DNA of 51,029 nt, from the NCBI GenBank assembly GCA_964534545.1, contig CAZHQS010000001.1:1-51029 (forward strand), in the 5' to 3' direction. The notes under the pieces were generated by a model. That model searched no databases and was not told where the DNA came from. It saw only the letters and a program-made list of their open reading frames with translations. Every line of letters starts with the position of its first letter. Positions within the stretch are counted from its first letter, which is position 1. The DNA comes from Candidatus Hydrothermarchaeota archaeon. Lineage in GTDB: Archaea > Hydrothermarchaeota > Hydrothermarchaeia > Hydrothermarchaeales > JAADFM01. A program made the position numbers and the translations under genes. Below are positions 34,281 to 43,884 of this stretch, in pieces.

Positions 34281-35261
34281 TTGTTCGGCTCCCTAAAAGA
34301 GAAATTTCTGGGTCTAAAGGACAGGCTAAGAGATGCCCAGGTGGAGAAGGCCCCCGAGGCAGGGCCCGAGGTGAAGGGAAAGGGCAAGGTAACCCTCAGG
34401 GACAAGACCCGGGCCTTCCTGAAGGGAGAGGTGGTACTGGATGAGAAAAAGCTGGACGACCTCCTCTGGGACTTCCAGATGTCCCTTCTGGAAAGCGATG
34501 TGGCCCTGGAGGTTGCTGAAAAGATTTCTTCTGACCTCAAGGAGAGGCTCTACGGGCGGAAGTTCGGCCGGAGGGAGGACCTAGGGGAGGTGGTAAAGGA
34601 GTCCTTGAGGGATTCTCTTAAAGGGATTCTCCAGGCAGGTCCTGACCTCCTGGAGATCATGGACAAGAAGCCCTACGTCATCGCCTTTGTGGGGGTCAAC
34701 GGCACCGGGAAGACCACCACCATCGCCAAGGTGGCCCACCTCTTGAAGTCCAGGGGCAAATCCGTGGTCTTGGCGGCCTCTGACACCTTCAGGGCCGGGG
34801 CCATCGAGCAGCTTTCCATCCATGGCGAGAGGCTGGGAGTGAAGGTCATAAAGCACGAGAAGGGCAGCGATCCGGCGGCTGTGGCCTACGATGCCATCGA
34901 GCATGCCAAGGCCAGGGACAAGGATGTGGTCCTCATCGATACCGCCGGCCGGATGGAGACCAATGTCAATCTCCTGGACGAGATGAAGAAAATCGTAAAG
35001 GTGGCAAAACCGGACCTGATACTCTTCGTCGGGGACGCCCTCACGGGAAACTCCGCCGTGGACCAGGCCGAGAAGTTCATGGACGCAGTGCATCTGGATG
35101 GCATCATCCTCACCAAGGCCGATGCCGATGCCCGGGGAGGTAGCGCCATATCCATCGCCCATACCATCAAGAAGCCCGTCTTTTTCCTGGGTACTGGCCA
35201 GGAGTACGGGGACCTTAAGAGATTCGATTTGGACTGGTTCCTGGGGGAGATTCTGGGATAG
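34281..35261 (+). CDS. ftsY: signal recognition particle receptor FtsY
   Basis: NG domain with GVNGTGKTTTIAKVA, DTAGR, TKADADARGG. TTG start. Confidence 0.95.
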   Translation: MFGSLKEKFLGLKDRLRDAQVEKAPEAGPEVKGKGKVTLRDKTRAFLKGEVVLDEKKLDDLLWDFQMSLLESDVALEVAEKISSDLKERLYGRKFGRREDLGEVVKESLRDSLKGILQAGPDLLEIMDKKPYVIAFVGVNGTGKTTTIAKVAHLLKSRGKSVVLAASDTFRAGAIEQLSIHGERLGVKVIKHEKGSDPAAVAYDAIEHAKARDKDVVLIDTAGRMETNVNLLDEMKKIVKVAKPDLILFVGDALTGNSAVDQAEKFMDAVHLDGIILTKADADARGGSAISIAHTIKKPVFFLGTGQEYGDLKRFDLDWFLGEILG

Positions 35262-35344
35262 CCGGAGACCGCAGGTTTCTTATAGGAGAAGGGAAGATTA
35301 AAGGCTGGAAGTATGCCCCAGTTAGCTTTAGGACGGACCTTTCC

Positions 35345-35536
35345 ATGGCAGAAGAAACAGAAGAAGAGATTAGGTGCGCCTCTTGCGGGAAGTTGCGAGA
35401 GGATGGTATGATGGTGGGAAGGACCCAGAGCATCGAGAGAGGAGTCAGGTCCGTCTTCGAGGTACTGACCTGCAGTTGTGGCAACATCTACCGGGGGAGG
35501 GTCCTAGAACAGAAAAAGCTGGAAAAGAGACGTTGA
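35345..35536 (+). CDS. 63-aa zinc-ribbon protein
   Basis: CASCG..x27..CSCG. Its stop overlaps the next ATG by 1 nt. Confidence 0.45.
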   Translation: MAEETEEEIRCASCGKLREDGMMVGRTQSIERGVRSVFEVLTCSCGNIYRGRVLEQKKLEKRR

Positions 35537-36339
35537 TGCGTCACGAGGATCATGTTCAAGCCCTCGATTCAGCACTGCTGAGGGCAGTTGAGAAGTATGC
35601 TGGTGGGAGTTTCGGGATACTGTTCTCCGGGGGGCTGGACAGCTCCCTTATAGCAAAATACTGCAAGGACCTGGGGAGGAGGCCCATCCTATATTCTGTG
35701 GGGATGCCGGGGTCCCTTGACATGGAATACACAAGGGAGGCTGGCTCCTTTTTCGGTTTTGAGCACCGGTTTGTGGTTATTGAGGAGGATTCCCTTGAGA
35801 CCTTGGCCCTGAGGGTCATGGAGACAACCGGGGATTCAAGCCCCCTGACGGTGGCCATCGGCATCCCCCTTCTGGCAGCCATGTCCAGGGCGAGGGAGGA
35901 GGGCATGGACCTCCTTTTGTGCGGCCAGGGGGCGGACGAACTCTTTGGCGGGTACCACCGGTACAAAGATATGGATCCGGGGACCCTGGAGGCCGCCCTG
36001 AGGGAGGATTCGGAAGGGATCTATGAGAAGGATTTGAAGAGGGACCTTGCCCTGGCGGGGGCATGTTCCATTGAGCTGGGAGCGCCCTTCCTGGACCCCG
36101 GGGTGGTGGAGGTGGCGGCCGGCATCCCTGTATCAATGAAGGTCCGGGAGGGAAGGGGGAAGGTGATCCTGAGGGAACTTGGAAGGATGAGGGGGTTGCC
36201 GGAGTCCATCTACCACCGGAAGAAGAAGGCCCTCCAGTACTCCACCGGGGTGGATAGGACCTTGAGGAGGCTTGCTAAGAGAAAGGGGAGGTACCTCGGA
36301 GAATACCTTGCAGACCTTGGGGCCAATAGATTAAAATAA
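35536..36339 (+). CDS. asparagine-synthase-type PP-loop ATP pyrophosphatase domain protein
   Basis: ATG 35536 inside track ORF 35374..36339. ILFSGGLDSSLIA, LLLCGQGADELFGGYHRY. Confidence 0.75.
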   Translation: MRHEDHVQALDSALLRAVEKYAGGSFGILFSGGLDSSLIAKYCKDLGRRPILYSVGMPGSLDMEYTREAGSFFGFEHRFVVIEEDSLETLALRVMETTGDSSPLTVAIGIPLLAAMSRAREEGMDLLLCGQGADELFGGYHRYKDMDPGTLEAALREDSEGIYEKDLKRDLALAGACSIELGAPFLDPGVVEVAAGIPVSMKVREGRGKVILRELGRMRGLPESIYHRKKKALQYSTGVDRTLRRLAKRKGRYLGEYLADLGANRLK

Positions 36340-36364
36340 AGTCTTGTGCAGATATATATCCACC

Positions 36365-37414
36365 ATGAACCCGAAATACATGCAGCTACCCAGGGCGGTG
36401 ATAGTGGGAGAGGGGGTTTATAAGGAGATAAATACCGTCTGTAAGGATCTGGGACTCAGGGGTCCTGCCCTGGTGGTGGTGGATTCAACCACCCATGGGA
36501 TCCTGGGGGGGAAGGTCCTGGACCGACTGGCCGGGGAGCTGGATGTCAGGGAGCACTTCATTGAAGACGCCACGGTGGAGGAGATAACCAGGACAAAGGC
36601 CCAGGCTTCCAGGGTCAAGGCGGGTTTCATGGTGGGGGTGGGCGGGGGCAGGGTCATCGACGTGGCCAAGCTGGCTTCAAAGGAGGCGGGTATAGAGTTC
36701 ATAAGCATGCCGACGGCCGCCTCCCATGACGGGATGGCATCTTCCAGGGCCTCTGTCAAGGGTGAGGGAGGGTCGGTTTCCATGGAGGCCCATTCCCCCC
36801 TGGGGGTGGTGGCAGATACCGGGGTTATCGCCTCGTCGCCCTACCGGCTCTTTGCGGCGGGCTGTGCCGACATCATCGCCAAGTACACGGCCACCATGGA
36901 CTGGGAGCTGGCCCACCTGATCAAGGGTGAGGAGGTCAGCGAGTACGCCATTGCCCTCTCCCGGATGACGGCCGAGATCGTCCTGGGGTCCTGTGATACC
37001 ATAAAGGAGAGGGACCAGCGGAGCGTGCGCCGGGTGGTGAAGGCCCTCATATCTTCTGGCGTGGCCATGAGCATCGCCGGTTCCTCCAGGCCCGGCAGTG
37101 GTTCCGAGCACAAGTTCAGCCATGCCCTGGATATGATAGCGCCGAAACCCGCCCTCCATGGTGAGCAGTGCGGTGTGGGCACCATCATGATGATGTACCT
37201 CCACGGCGGGGACTGGGAGGGGATTAGGGACGCCCTGGAGAGGATCGGGGCGCCGGTGACCGCCGAGGGCCTGGGCATCGAGGACCGGTACATCGTGGAT
37301 GCCCTCCTGAAGGCCGGGACCATCCGCCCCCACAGGTACACCATCCTGGAGCACAACCCTCTTACCAGAGGAGAGGCCGAGAGACTGGCCAGGGAGACAG
37401 GTGTGATAGGGTGA
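36365..37414 (+). CDS. egsA: sn-glycerol-1-phosphate dehydrogenase
   Basis: MNPKYMQLPRAVIVGEGV.., GVGGGRVIDVAK, SHDGMAS and GSEHKFSHALD match archaeal G1PDH. Confidence 0.9.
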   Translation: MNPKYMQLPRAVIVGEGVYKEINTVCKDLGLRGPALVVVDSTTHGILGGKVLDRLAGELDVREHFIEDATVEEITRTKAQASRVKAGFMVGVGGGRVIDVAKLASKEAGIEFISMPTAASHDGMASSRASVKGEGGSVSMEAHSPLGVVADTGVIASSPYRLFAAGCADIIAKYTATMDWELAHLIKGEEVSEYAIALSRMTAEIVLGSCDTIKERDQRSVRRVVKALISSGVAMSIAGSSRPGSGSEHKFSHALDMIAPKPALHGEQCGVGTIMMMYLHGGDWEGIRDALERIGAPVTAEGLGIEDRYIVDALLKAGTIRPHRYTILEHNPLTRGEAERLARETGVIG

Positions 37415-37842
37415 GGATTACCCTTGTGAATTCCGGGGATGCAAGGCAGGGATACGAGTTCCTGCACCTGGGCAGGGCAGAGGAGTGCGAGGGGTGCCGG
37501 CTGGTGAGGACCTGTATGGAGAACCTGGAGCCCGGCAGGAGGTACCGTATAACGGGCATAAAGGATATGGAGCACCCCTGCGCCCTCCATGGTAAGGTCA
37601 GGGTGGTGGAGGTGGAGGAGGCCGGAGTCCCGGCGGCCCTGGAGAAGCGCAGGGTCTTCATAGGCTCGAAAATCGAGTTCTCCCGCCAGGACTGCGACGA
37701 CATCTTCTGCCCGGGATACAGGTTCTGCCGCCCCGAGGGGCTACTGGAGGGGGATGTATGCAGGATTACGGACTCCCAGGAGGCCCTGGAGTGCAAGAGG
37801 GGGAGGAGCCTTGTGGTGGTGAGGCTTGAGAGGGTTGGATGA
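37411..37842 (+). CDS. UPF0179 family Cys-rich protein
   Basis: ITLVNSGDARQGYEFLHLG...CEGCRL..C, with the Cys pattern of COG1860/UPF0179. GTGA overlap with egsA. Confidence 0.65.
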   Translation: MRITLVNSGDARQGYEFLHLGRAEECEGCRLVRTCMENLEPGRRYRITGIKDMEHPCALHGKVRVVEVEEAGVPAALEKRRVFIGSKIEFSRQDCDDIFCPGYRFCRPEGLLEGDVCRITDSQEALECKRGRSLVVVRLERVG

Positions 37843-37878
37843 GATTCAGTTATAACCTAACATGTTAATAGTGGTTGT

Positions 37879-38202
37879 ATGGTTACAACAGAGGAATATG
37901 ATATCCCCCTGGACAATGCATGTATGAATATGTTGAGGGTCATAAAGACCTATGAGAAGGGTCTGGTGAACCTGGTGGTGGTCTATTATACCATCCGGGG
38001 CGGTGAAAAGATACCCTTGATAACCTATGATATGGCCCACGGGTTCCCCCACAGGGATATCAGATATCTCGAGGATAAGGACAAGCGCAAGAAGAAAGAA
38101 ATCAATGTCGAGGGATTGGAAGATTTCCTGAACACTGCAATAGAGGACATAACCGGGAACTGGAGAAGATATCTGAAGGAATTCAGGGAGACGGAAAAAT
38201 GA
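37879..38202 (+). CDS. DUF6516/TumE-like putative toxin
   Basis: 107 aa. ITYDMAHGFPHRDIRY resembles the YDNAxHxPHxH core of DUF6516. Low-GC gene, family called from memory only. Confidence 0.4.
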   Translation: MVTTEEYDIPLDNACMNMLRVIKTYEKGLVNLVVVYYTIRGGEKIPLITYDMAHGFPHRDIRYLEDKDKRKKKEINVEGLEDFLNTAIEDITGNWRRYLKEFRETEK

Positions 38203-38540
38203 GAGTACGAACAACTGAAATCAAGTTGGGGACCATAGAAGACCTTAAGAAAGAGGTCCTCAAAGAGGGCAAAGGACGGGGCGGCAGGCATGTCATCTAT
38301 GTCCCGGATACCTCGGTCCTGTCGAAGATTTTGTCTCCCCGCAGGATCGAACTCTTGAAGACCATAAGAGAGAATCCTGGCATGGGGGTTGGTGAGCTGG
38401 CAAAGCTTCTGAAAAGAAAGCAGGAATCGGTGAGCCGGGACATTGCCTTCCTGCGCAGCTGGGGCATAATCGAGACCGGATTCGAGGACAGGAAACTGGT
38501 CACGAAGACCATGCCAGGTAAGGTAGTGATAGAAATATGA
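38199..38540 (+). CDS. winged-helix DNA-binding protein (HVO_A0114/COG4190-like, putative antitoxin)
   Basis: LSPRRIELLKTIRENPGMGVGELAKLLKRKQESVSRDIAFLRSWGII. ATGA overlap on both sides. Confidence 0.6.
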   Translation: MRVRTTEIKLGTIEDLKKEVLKEGKGRGGRHVIYVPDTSVLSKILSPRRIELLKTIRENPGMGVGELAKLLKRKQESVSRDIAFLRSWGIIETGFEDRKLVTKTMPGKVVIEI

Positions 38541-38950
38541 AGGGCAACCTGGATGAAGCCTTCGAAAACTTGAGAAAGGAAATAAACCGGGCCAACGAGG
38601 AGAGGAGAAAAGCCCTGGAGGAGAAGTACGGGGGCAGGGTCCAGGTGCCAGAAGAGTTCTGGAAGGAAAGGGAGGGAAAAGAGTACGGGCATATCTGCGA
38701 CGTCTCCCTGGAAGAGCTGAAGGAAAGGCACAGGGATGAGCTGAGCACCATAGATTCCAGGGAAAAGGCCGTGGAAGTGGGTATAAGGCTCATGGGCGAC
38801 CACTATCTGGACGGCTTTTCATCCAGGAGCTGCTCGAGCCGGATGGCCGAGCTTGTGGGATACGAGACCAATTACATGGACTTTTACTGCGCCGGGGCCG
38901 AGTACTACTGGATTGAACAGGAGCGAAGGCTGAAGGGGGACACAGTTTAA
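38537..38950 (+). CDS. hypothetical protein, third gene of the coupled module
   Basis: 137 aa: coiled-coil N-terminus and a C-terminal half with Cys/aromatic residues. No family recognised. Confidence 0.45.
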   Translation: MKGNLDEAFENLRKEINRANEERRKALEEKYGGRVQVPEEFWKEREGKEYGHICDVSLEELKERHRDELSTIDSREKAVEVGIRLMGDHYLDGFSSRSCSSRMAELVGYETNYMDFYCAGAEYYWIEQERRLKGDTV

Positions 38951-38992
38951 CTATCATAATAAGTTTACCTTGTTAACCTTCTTTTCCGGTGT

Positions 38993-39265
38993 ATGGGAGA
39001 GACCAACGTCCTGATCAAGAAGATGGACGAGCATGTCTTCAGGAGGTTCAAGGCAGAGGCCATAAGAGAGGGGCTCACCGTCTCTAAGGCCGCCCAGGAG
39101 GCCCTGGAGCAGTGGACTAGGTCAAGAAGACTCAAGGGGATCAAAGACGTGTCAAGGATGAGGAGAGCCGCCGAGCACATGGACGCCACAAGGACCCCCT
39201 CCGGGGACTGGGACGCCGTCCGGGAGATAAGGAGATGGAGGGACACCAGGGCGAGGACCTTGTAA
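38993..39265 (+). CDS. vapB: VapB-type antitoxin (RHH-like)
   Basis: 90 aa. NVLIKKMDEHVFRRFKAEAIREGLTVSKAAQEALEQW. Directly precedes and overlaps the PIN gene. Confidence 0.65.
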   Translation: MGETNVLIKKMDEHVFRRFKAEAIREGLTVSKAAQEALEQWTRSRRLKGIKDVSRMRRAAEHMDATRTPSGDWDAVREIRRWRDTRARTL

Positions 39266-39657
39266 TCGATGCCAGCGTTGCCGTCAAGTGGTTCACCGAG
39301 GAGGCCGGGACCAGCGCCGCCGTAAGGCTCAGGGACTCCCACATAGCCGGCAGGGTCAACCTGGTTGCCCCGGACCTGCTTTTCTATGAGGTCCTCAATG
39401 CCTTGAGATACAAGGGGGTTGCGGAGGACATCCTCAAGGGATATGTCCAGGACCTGGTGGACCTCCAGATGGATCTCATCCCGCCGAACCAGCATCTCAT
39501 GGAGAAGACCGTTTTGAACTCCTTACGATTTGACCTGACGGTGTACGATGCCGCATACCTCACCCTTGCCCATCTTTTGGGCTCCAAACTGGTGACGGCT
39601 GATAAAAAGTTCCATAAGGCCGTCAAAGGAAGCGGGATCACCAGTCTCCTGAAGTGA
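39235..39657 (+). CDS. vapC: VapC-type PIN-domain toxin
   Basis: LVIDASVAVKWF..., FYEVLNAL, VYDAAYLTLA and LVTADKKF are the PIN acidic-residue positions. Confidence 0.8.
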   Translation: MEGHQGEDLVIDASVAVKWFTEEAGTSAAVRLRDSHIAGRVNLVAPDLLFYEVLNALRYKGVAEDILKGYVQDLVDLQMDLIPPNQHLMEKTVLNSLRFDLTVYDAAYLTLAHLLGSKLVTADKKFHKAVKGSGITSLLK

Positions 39658-39702
39658 GGGTTCCATAACCTTTTATACGTTTGAGCAACAAAACGTGCCC
39701 CC

Positions 39703-41253
39703 ATGGGAAAGTGGAACTCCAGGGAGATTTCAAAGCTGGCCAAGGAGGACTTCGAGAAGGCATGGCTGGAGACCGCCTCCCTTCTGGATACTGAAAAGAA
39801 GGAGCGCGCCTTCAAAAAAGGCGGCCGCCCCCACGTCCTCTTCGAGACCTCCCTGAGGCTGAGGCAGGCGTACCTGGACCTGGGCTTCGAGGAGGTCATC
39901 AACCCCCTCTTCATCGAGGACAAGGAAGTAAGGAGACAGTTCGGTCCCGAGGCCGCGGCCGTCCTTGATAGGTGCTACTACCTGGCGGGCCTTCCGAGGC
40001 CAGATGTGGGTCTGGGGGATAACAGGATCAAGAAGATCGAAAACCTCGGCATCAAACTCGAAAGAAGAGAGGATCTCCAGGGGGTCCTCCATGACTACAA
40101 GAAGGGGGTCTTCGACGGCGACGACCTGGTACTGAAGATGGCCGAGGCCCTGGGGGTGTCCGATGCCCTTTCCGCCAAGGTCCTGGATGAGGTCTTTCCG
40201 GAATACAAGGCTCTGGAACCCGAGGCATCAAGGATGACCTTGCGCTCTCATATGACCAGCGGATGGTTCCTGACCCTGGCATCGGTGGTGGGGAAAAGGC
40301 CCATGCCCATCATGCTCTTCTCCATCGACAGGTGCTTCAGGAGGGAGCAGGTGGAGGACGAGACCCACCTGCGCAGCCACCACTCGGCCTCCTGTGTGAT
40401 CTGCGACGAGGAGGTGACGGTCCACGATGGCCAAGCCGTCGCCGAGGGACTATTAAAACCTTTCGGTTTTAGTGATTTCAAGTTCAAGCCGGACGAGAAG
40501 AGGTCCAAGTACTATGCCCCGGGGACCCAGACCGAGGTCTATGCCCGGCATCCCAGGACGGGCTGGGTGGAGATCGCCACCTTCGGCCTCTACAGCCCCG
40601 TGGCCCTGTCCAACTACAAGATAGAGCACCCTGTCATGAACCTGGGCCTGGGGGTGGAGCGGTTGGCCATGGTCCTCTCAGGGGAAACGGACGTAAGGGA
40701 GATGGTCTACCCCCAGTTCTACGGCCGGGTGGAGTACTCGGATGCCGAACTGGCAGGGATGATCGGTTTCAAGAAGGCGCCTGCAACGGCAGAAGGAAGG
40801 CGCCTGGCCAAGAGTATCGTGGAGGTGGCCAGGACCCACGCAACCGAGGCCAGTCCCTGCGAGTTCGAGGTCTTCCAGGGCGACTTCCTGGGGCGGGAGG
40901 TGGTGGTCAAGGTGGTGGAAGAGGAAGAGAACACCCGTCTCCTGGGCCCGGCCGCCCTGAACGCCATCTATGTCGCCGGGGGCAGCATAATCGGGACCAA
41001 CAAACCTGCCGAGGGGATGACCCCCACCGGGGTTTCGTATATTGACGGTGTGGCAAACCTTGCGGCCGCAAAGATCGAAGAGGCCGCGGAGGCCGGGGAG
41101 GAATCCGTCCAGGTCAGGGTACCCATGGTCAAGTCCCTGGGGGACATCAACCTGGAGCTGGAGGAGGCTGCCCTTCGCTACATCACGGACAGGTCAAAGA
41201 AGGTCGATGTACGGGGCCCGGTCTTCACCACCGTGGAGGCGGTTTTTGAATAA
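39703..41253 (+). CDS. sepS: O-phosphoserine--tRNA(Cys) ligase (SepRS)
   Basis: 516 aa. HVLFETSLRLRQAYLDLGFEEVINPLFIE, LRSHMTSGWFLTL, CFRREQ, GLGVERLAM. Confidence 0.9.
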   Translation: MGKWNSREISKLAKEDFEKAWLETASLLDTEKKERAFKKGGRPHVLFETSLRLRQAYLDLGFEEVINPLFIEDKEVRRQFGPEAAAVLDRCYYLAGLPRPDVGLGDNRIKKIENLGIKLERREDLQGVLHDYKKGVFDGDDLVLKMAEALGVSDALSAKVLDEVFPEYKALEPEASRMTLRSHMTSGWFLTLASVVGKRPMPIMLFSIDRCFRREQVEDETHLRSHHSASCVICDEEVTVHDGQAVAEGLLKPFGFSDFKFKPDEKRSKYYAPGTQTEVYARHPRTGWVEIATFGLYSPVALSNYKIEHPVMNLGLGVERLAMVLSGETDVREMVYPQFYGRVEYSDAELAGMIGFKKAPATAEGRRLAKSIVEVARTHATEASPCEFEVFQGDFLGREVVVKVVEEEENTRLLGPAALNAIYVAGGSIIGTNKPAEGMTPTGVSYIDGVANLAAAKIEEAAEAGEESVQVRVPMVKSLGDINLELEEAALRYITDRSKKVDVRGPVFTTVEAVFE

Positions 41254-41296
41254 TATTTAATATGTCCCATCCCTGTTATCCTATGAGGAGAGGAGT

Positions 41297-42064
41297 ATGT
41301 TTGATGTTATAACCCCCGTCCATAAAGGCTACCAGTGGCTCCTGGAAAGGGAAGTTCGCAAGAGGCCCTTGCCCGAACACATAGGTATCATCATGGACGG
41401 GAATCGCAGGCTCGCCGAGCGGCTGGGCATTAAACCCTGGGAGGGCCACCGCATGGGGGCCAGAAAGATCGAGGAGGTCCTGGACTGGTGTTATGACCTG
41501 GGGATAGAGACTGTGACCGCCTATGCCTTCTCCACCGAGAACTTCCAGAGACCCAAGGAGGAGAGGGAGAGACTCTTCGATCTCTTCGAGGAGTATTTCT
41601 ACAGGGTAGGTGACATGGAAAAAATCCACAAACGGGGGGTGAGGGTAAAGGCCATCGGGAGGGTGGAGTGGATGCCTGAGCGGGTGAGGAGGGCCATTCA
41701 ATACGCCGAGGACCGTACCGGGGATTACGATAGTTTCTACCTCAACCTGGCGGTGGCCTACGGGGGGCGCCAGGAGGTCCTGGATGCGGTGAAGAAGATT
41801 GCATTGGATGTCAGGGAGGGCAGACTCGATATAAACCAGATAGACGAGACCACCATCTCCGAGAACCTCTACACCAACGGCCACAAGGACCCGGATCTCA
41901 TTCTCCGCACCTCCGGGGAGGAGCGCATTTCGGGCTTCCTCCTGTGGCAGAGCGCCTATTCCGAACTCTACTTCTGCGAGTCCTTCTGGCCGGGCTTCCG
42001 CAAGATAGACCTCCTCCGGGCCATCAGGACCTACCAGCAGCGGAAGCGGCGCTTCGGTAGATAG
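41297..42064 (+). CDS. uppS: cis-prenyltransferase (undecaprenyl/di-trans,poly-cis-polyprenyl diphosphate synthase)
   Basis: HIGIIMDGNRRLA, TAYAFSTENFQRP, ILRTSGEERISGFLLWQSAYSELYF. Confidence 0.95.
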   Translation: MFDVITPVHKGYQWLLEREVRKRPLPEHIGIIMDGNRRLAERLGIKPWEGHRMGARKIEEVLDWCYDLGIETVTAYAFSTENFQRPKEERERLFDLFEEYFYRVGDMEKIHKRGVRVKAIGRVEWMPERVRRAIQYAEDRTGDYDSFYLNLAVAYGGRQEVLDAVKKIALDVREGRLDINQIDETTISENLYTNGHKDPDLILRTSGEERISGFLLWQSAYSELYFCESFWPGFRKIDLLRAIRTYQQRKRRFGR

Positions 42065-42071
42065 GACTGGG

Positions 42072-42848
42072 GTGATTCCGATAATCGATGCCCACTGCCA
42101 CCTGTCCTTCAAGGGGTTCAACCGGGACAGGGGAGAGGTCATCGAAGGGGCAAAGGGGTCCCTGGAGGCGGTGGTGGACTGCGGGGCAGGAGATGGGACC
42201 ATCAAGAGGTCATTGAAGCTATCCGAGGAAAATCCAGGATTCATCTACTCATCCCTGGGCCTCCACCCCTATCGGGCCGGACGGATGGACCAGGGGGCGG
42301 TGGATAGGGTCCTGGACCTGATCCTTGCGAATATAGACAAGGCAGTGGCCCTGGGGGAGGTGGGTCTGGAGTTCCACCATACGGCAGATGAAGGGGAGAG
42401 GAGGAGGCAGGCCGAGGTGTTTAACCTCTTCATCGACCTGGCCCGGGAGCTGGAGATGCCCCTGGTGGTCCATGCCAGGCAGGCCGAGGAGAAGGCCCTG
42501 GAGATGGTAAAGGATGGAGGGGTTGAAAAGGTCCTCTTTCACTGTTTCGGCGGCGGTCTTGAGACCGCGCAGGCCGTCCTGGATGCAGGCTACAACCTCT
42601 CCTTTGCCACCAACCTCTGCTACTCGGAGCACCACCAGGTAGTGCTGAAATCCATCGGCCTCGAAGGCGTCCTCCTAGAAACGGACAGCCCCTACCTCAG
42701 CCCCAGAAGGGAGGTCAAACGCAACGAGCCCGTCTTCATCTTCGACCTGGTGGGGGTCGTGGCGGGCCTCACGGATATGACGGTCAAGGAAGTGGAGAGA
42801 ACCACCGCCGGGAATGCAAAGGCATTTTATGCTATCAAGGGAAAATAA
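42072..42848 (+). CDS. tatD: TatD-family metal-dependent hydrolase
   Basis: IIDAHCHL, GEVGLEFH, VVHAR, LFHCFGG, LLETDSPYL. GTG start. Confidence 0.9.
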   Translation: MIPIIDAHCHLSFKGFNRDRGEVIEGAKGSLEAVVDCGAGDGTIKRSLKLSEENPGFIYSSLGLHPYRAGRMDQGAVDRVLDLILANIDKAVALGEVGLEFHHTADEGERRRQAEVFNLFIDLARELEMPLVVHARQAEEKALEMVKDGGVEKVLFHCFGGGLETAQAVLDAGYNLSFATNLCYSEHHQVVLKSIGLEGVLLETDSPYLSPRREVKRNEPVFIFDLVGVVAGLTDMTVKEVERTTAGNAKAFYAIKGK

Positions 42849-42856
42849 TCCTTGAA

Positions 42857-43750
42857 ATGGGAACCACCCTCCAGATACCGGAATCCAAGTTCCAGGAGCT
42901 TGAGGCATATCTTAGAAGGATTGGCTTCCAGTTCGAGGACCGGCCCCACCAGGTCTTTCTGGCCCGCTATCCCGGCCTGGTGGTAAACCTGTACAACAGC
43001 GGGAAGGTGGTCTTGGGCGGGAAGGACGAGGTCCTTAGACGGGAGGTGGAGGTCTTCATCGATTCCCTGGGGGGGCGCACCGGTGGTAAAGGGGTCCAGA
43101 CCTTCGAGGGTAGGACCAGGATCGGCACCGATGAGGTGGGCAAGGGGGATTACTTCGGCCCCCTGGTGATCGCCGGGGTCCTGGTGGACAAGGAAGCGGA
43201 AGGTAGGTTGAAAAAGATGGGTGTCAGGGACTCCAAGAACCTGGGGGACGCCACCATATCGAAGCTGGCACCGCGAATCCGGAGGACCCTGGGCCGGGGA
43301 GGCTATGAGGAGGTCTGGATAAGCCCGAGGAAGTACAACCACCTCTACGCCCGGATGAAGAACGTGAACAGGCTCCTGGGCTGGGGTCATGCCAGGGTTA
43401 TAGAAAACCTCCTTGAGAGGGTTGGGGGATGCCAACTGGTCATCGCCGACCAGTTCGGGGATGAAGGCTACATCAAATCAGCCCTGATGAAAAAGGGGAA
43501 GGAGATAGAGCTGGTCCAGATGCCCAGGGCCGAGGAGGATACCGCCGTGGCCGCCGCTTCCATCCTGGCCAGGGACGTCTTTCTCAGAAGGCTGCGAAGG
43601 ATGGGAGAAAAATATGGGGTGGAGTTCCCCAGGGGGGCCTCCCGGGTGGTGGGTTTTGCCAGGAAGTTCGTGGCGGTCAGGGGACCTGAAGCCCTGGAAG
43701 AGGTGGCCAAGGTCCACTTCAGGACCACGGGGAAGGTCCTTGGCAGGTAA
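42857..43750 (+). CDS. rnhC: ribonuclease HIII-type enzyme (N-terminal TBP-like domain + RNase HII/HIII fold)
   Basis: 297 aa. N-domain YPGLVVNLYNSGKVVLGG. Catalytic GTDEVGKGDYFGPLVIAGV, VRDSKNL, VIADQFG, AEEDTAVAAASILAR. Confidence 0.75.
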   Translation: MGTTLQIPESKFQELEAYLRRIGFQFEDRPHQVFLARYPGLVVNLYNSGKVVLGGKDEVLRREVEVFIDSLGGRTGGKGVQTFEGRTRIGTDEVGKGDYFGPLVIAGVLVDKEAEGRLKKMGVRDSKNLGDATISKLAPRIRRTLGRGGYEEVWISPRKYNHLYARMKNVNRLLGWGHARVIENLLERVGGCQLVIADQFGDEGYIKSALMKKGKEIELVQMPRAEEDTAVAAASILARDVFLRRLRRMGEKYGVEFPRGASRVVGFARKFVAVRGPEALEEVAKVHFRTTGKVLGR

Positions 43751-43754
43751 GGGG

Positions 43755-43829
43755 TCACTTCTCCCGTCTCTGTTCCTTGGGCAGCTCCACCACGAAGACA
43801 CTCCCTCCCCCGGGGTTGTCCTCAATACA
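43755..43829 (-). pseudogene. orphan 3' fragment of a histidine kinase (last 24 codons of HATPase_c)
   Basis: CIEDNPGGGSVFVVELPKEQRREK closely parallels WVEDNPEGGSIFYVELPKAS at the end of the 8498..9466 kinase. Upstream codons of the track ORF are unrelated to kinases. Confidence 0.6.
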
Positions 43830-43884
43830 TGACAAAAAAGTACTTATAGGGGCTAACCCATAATGTTTTGTGGGGTGATGGTTG

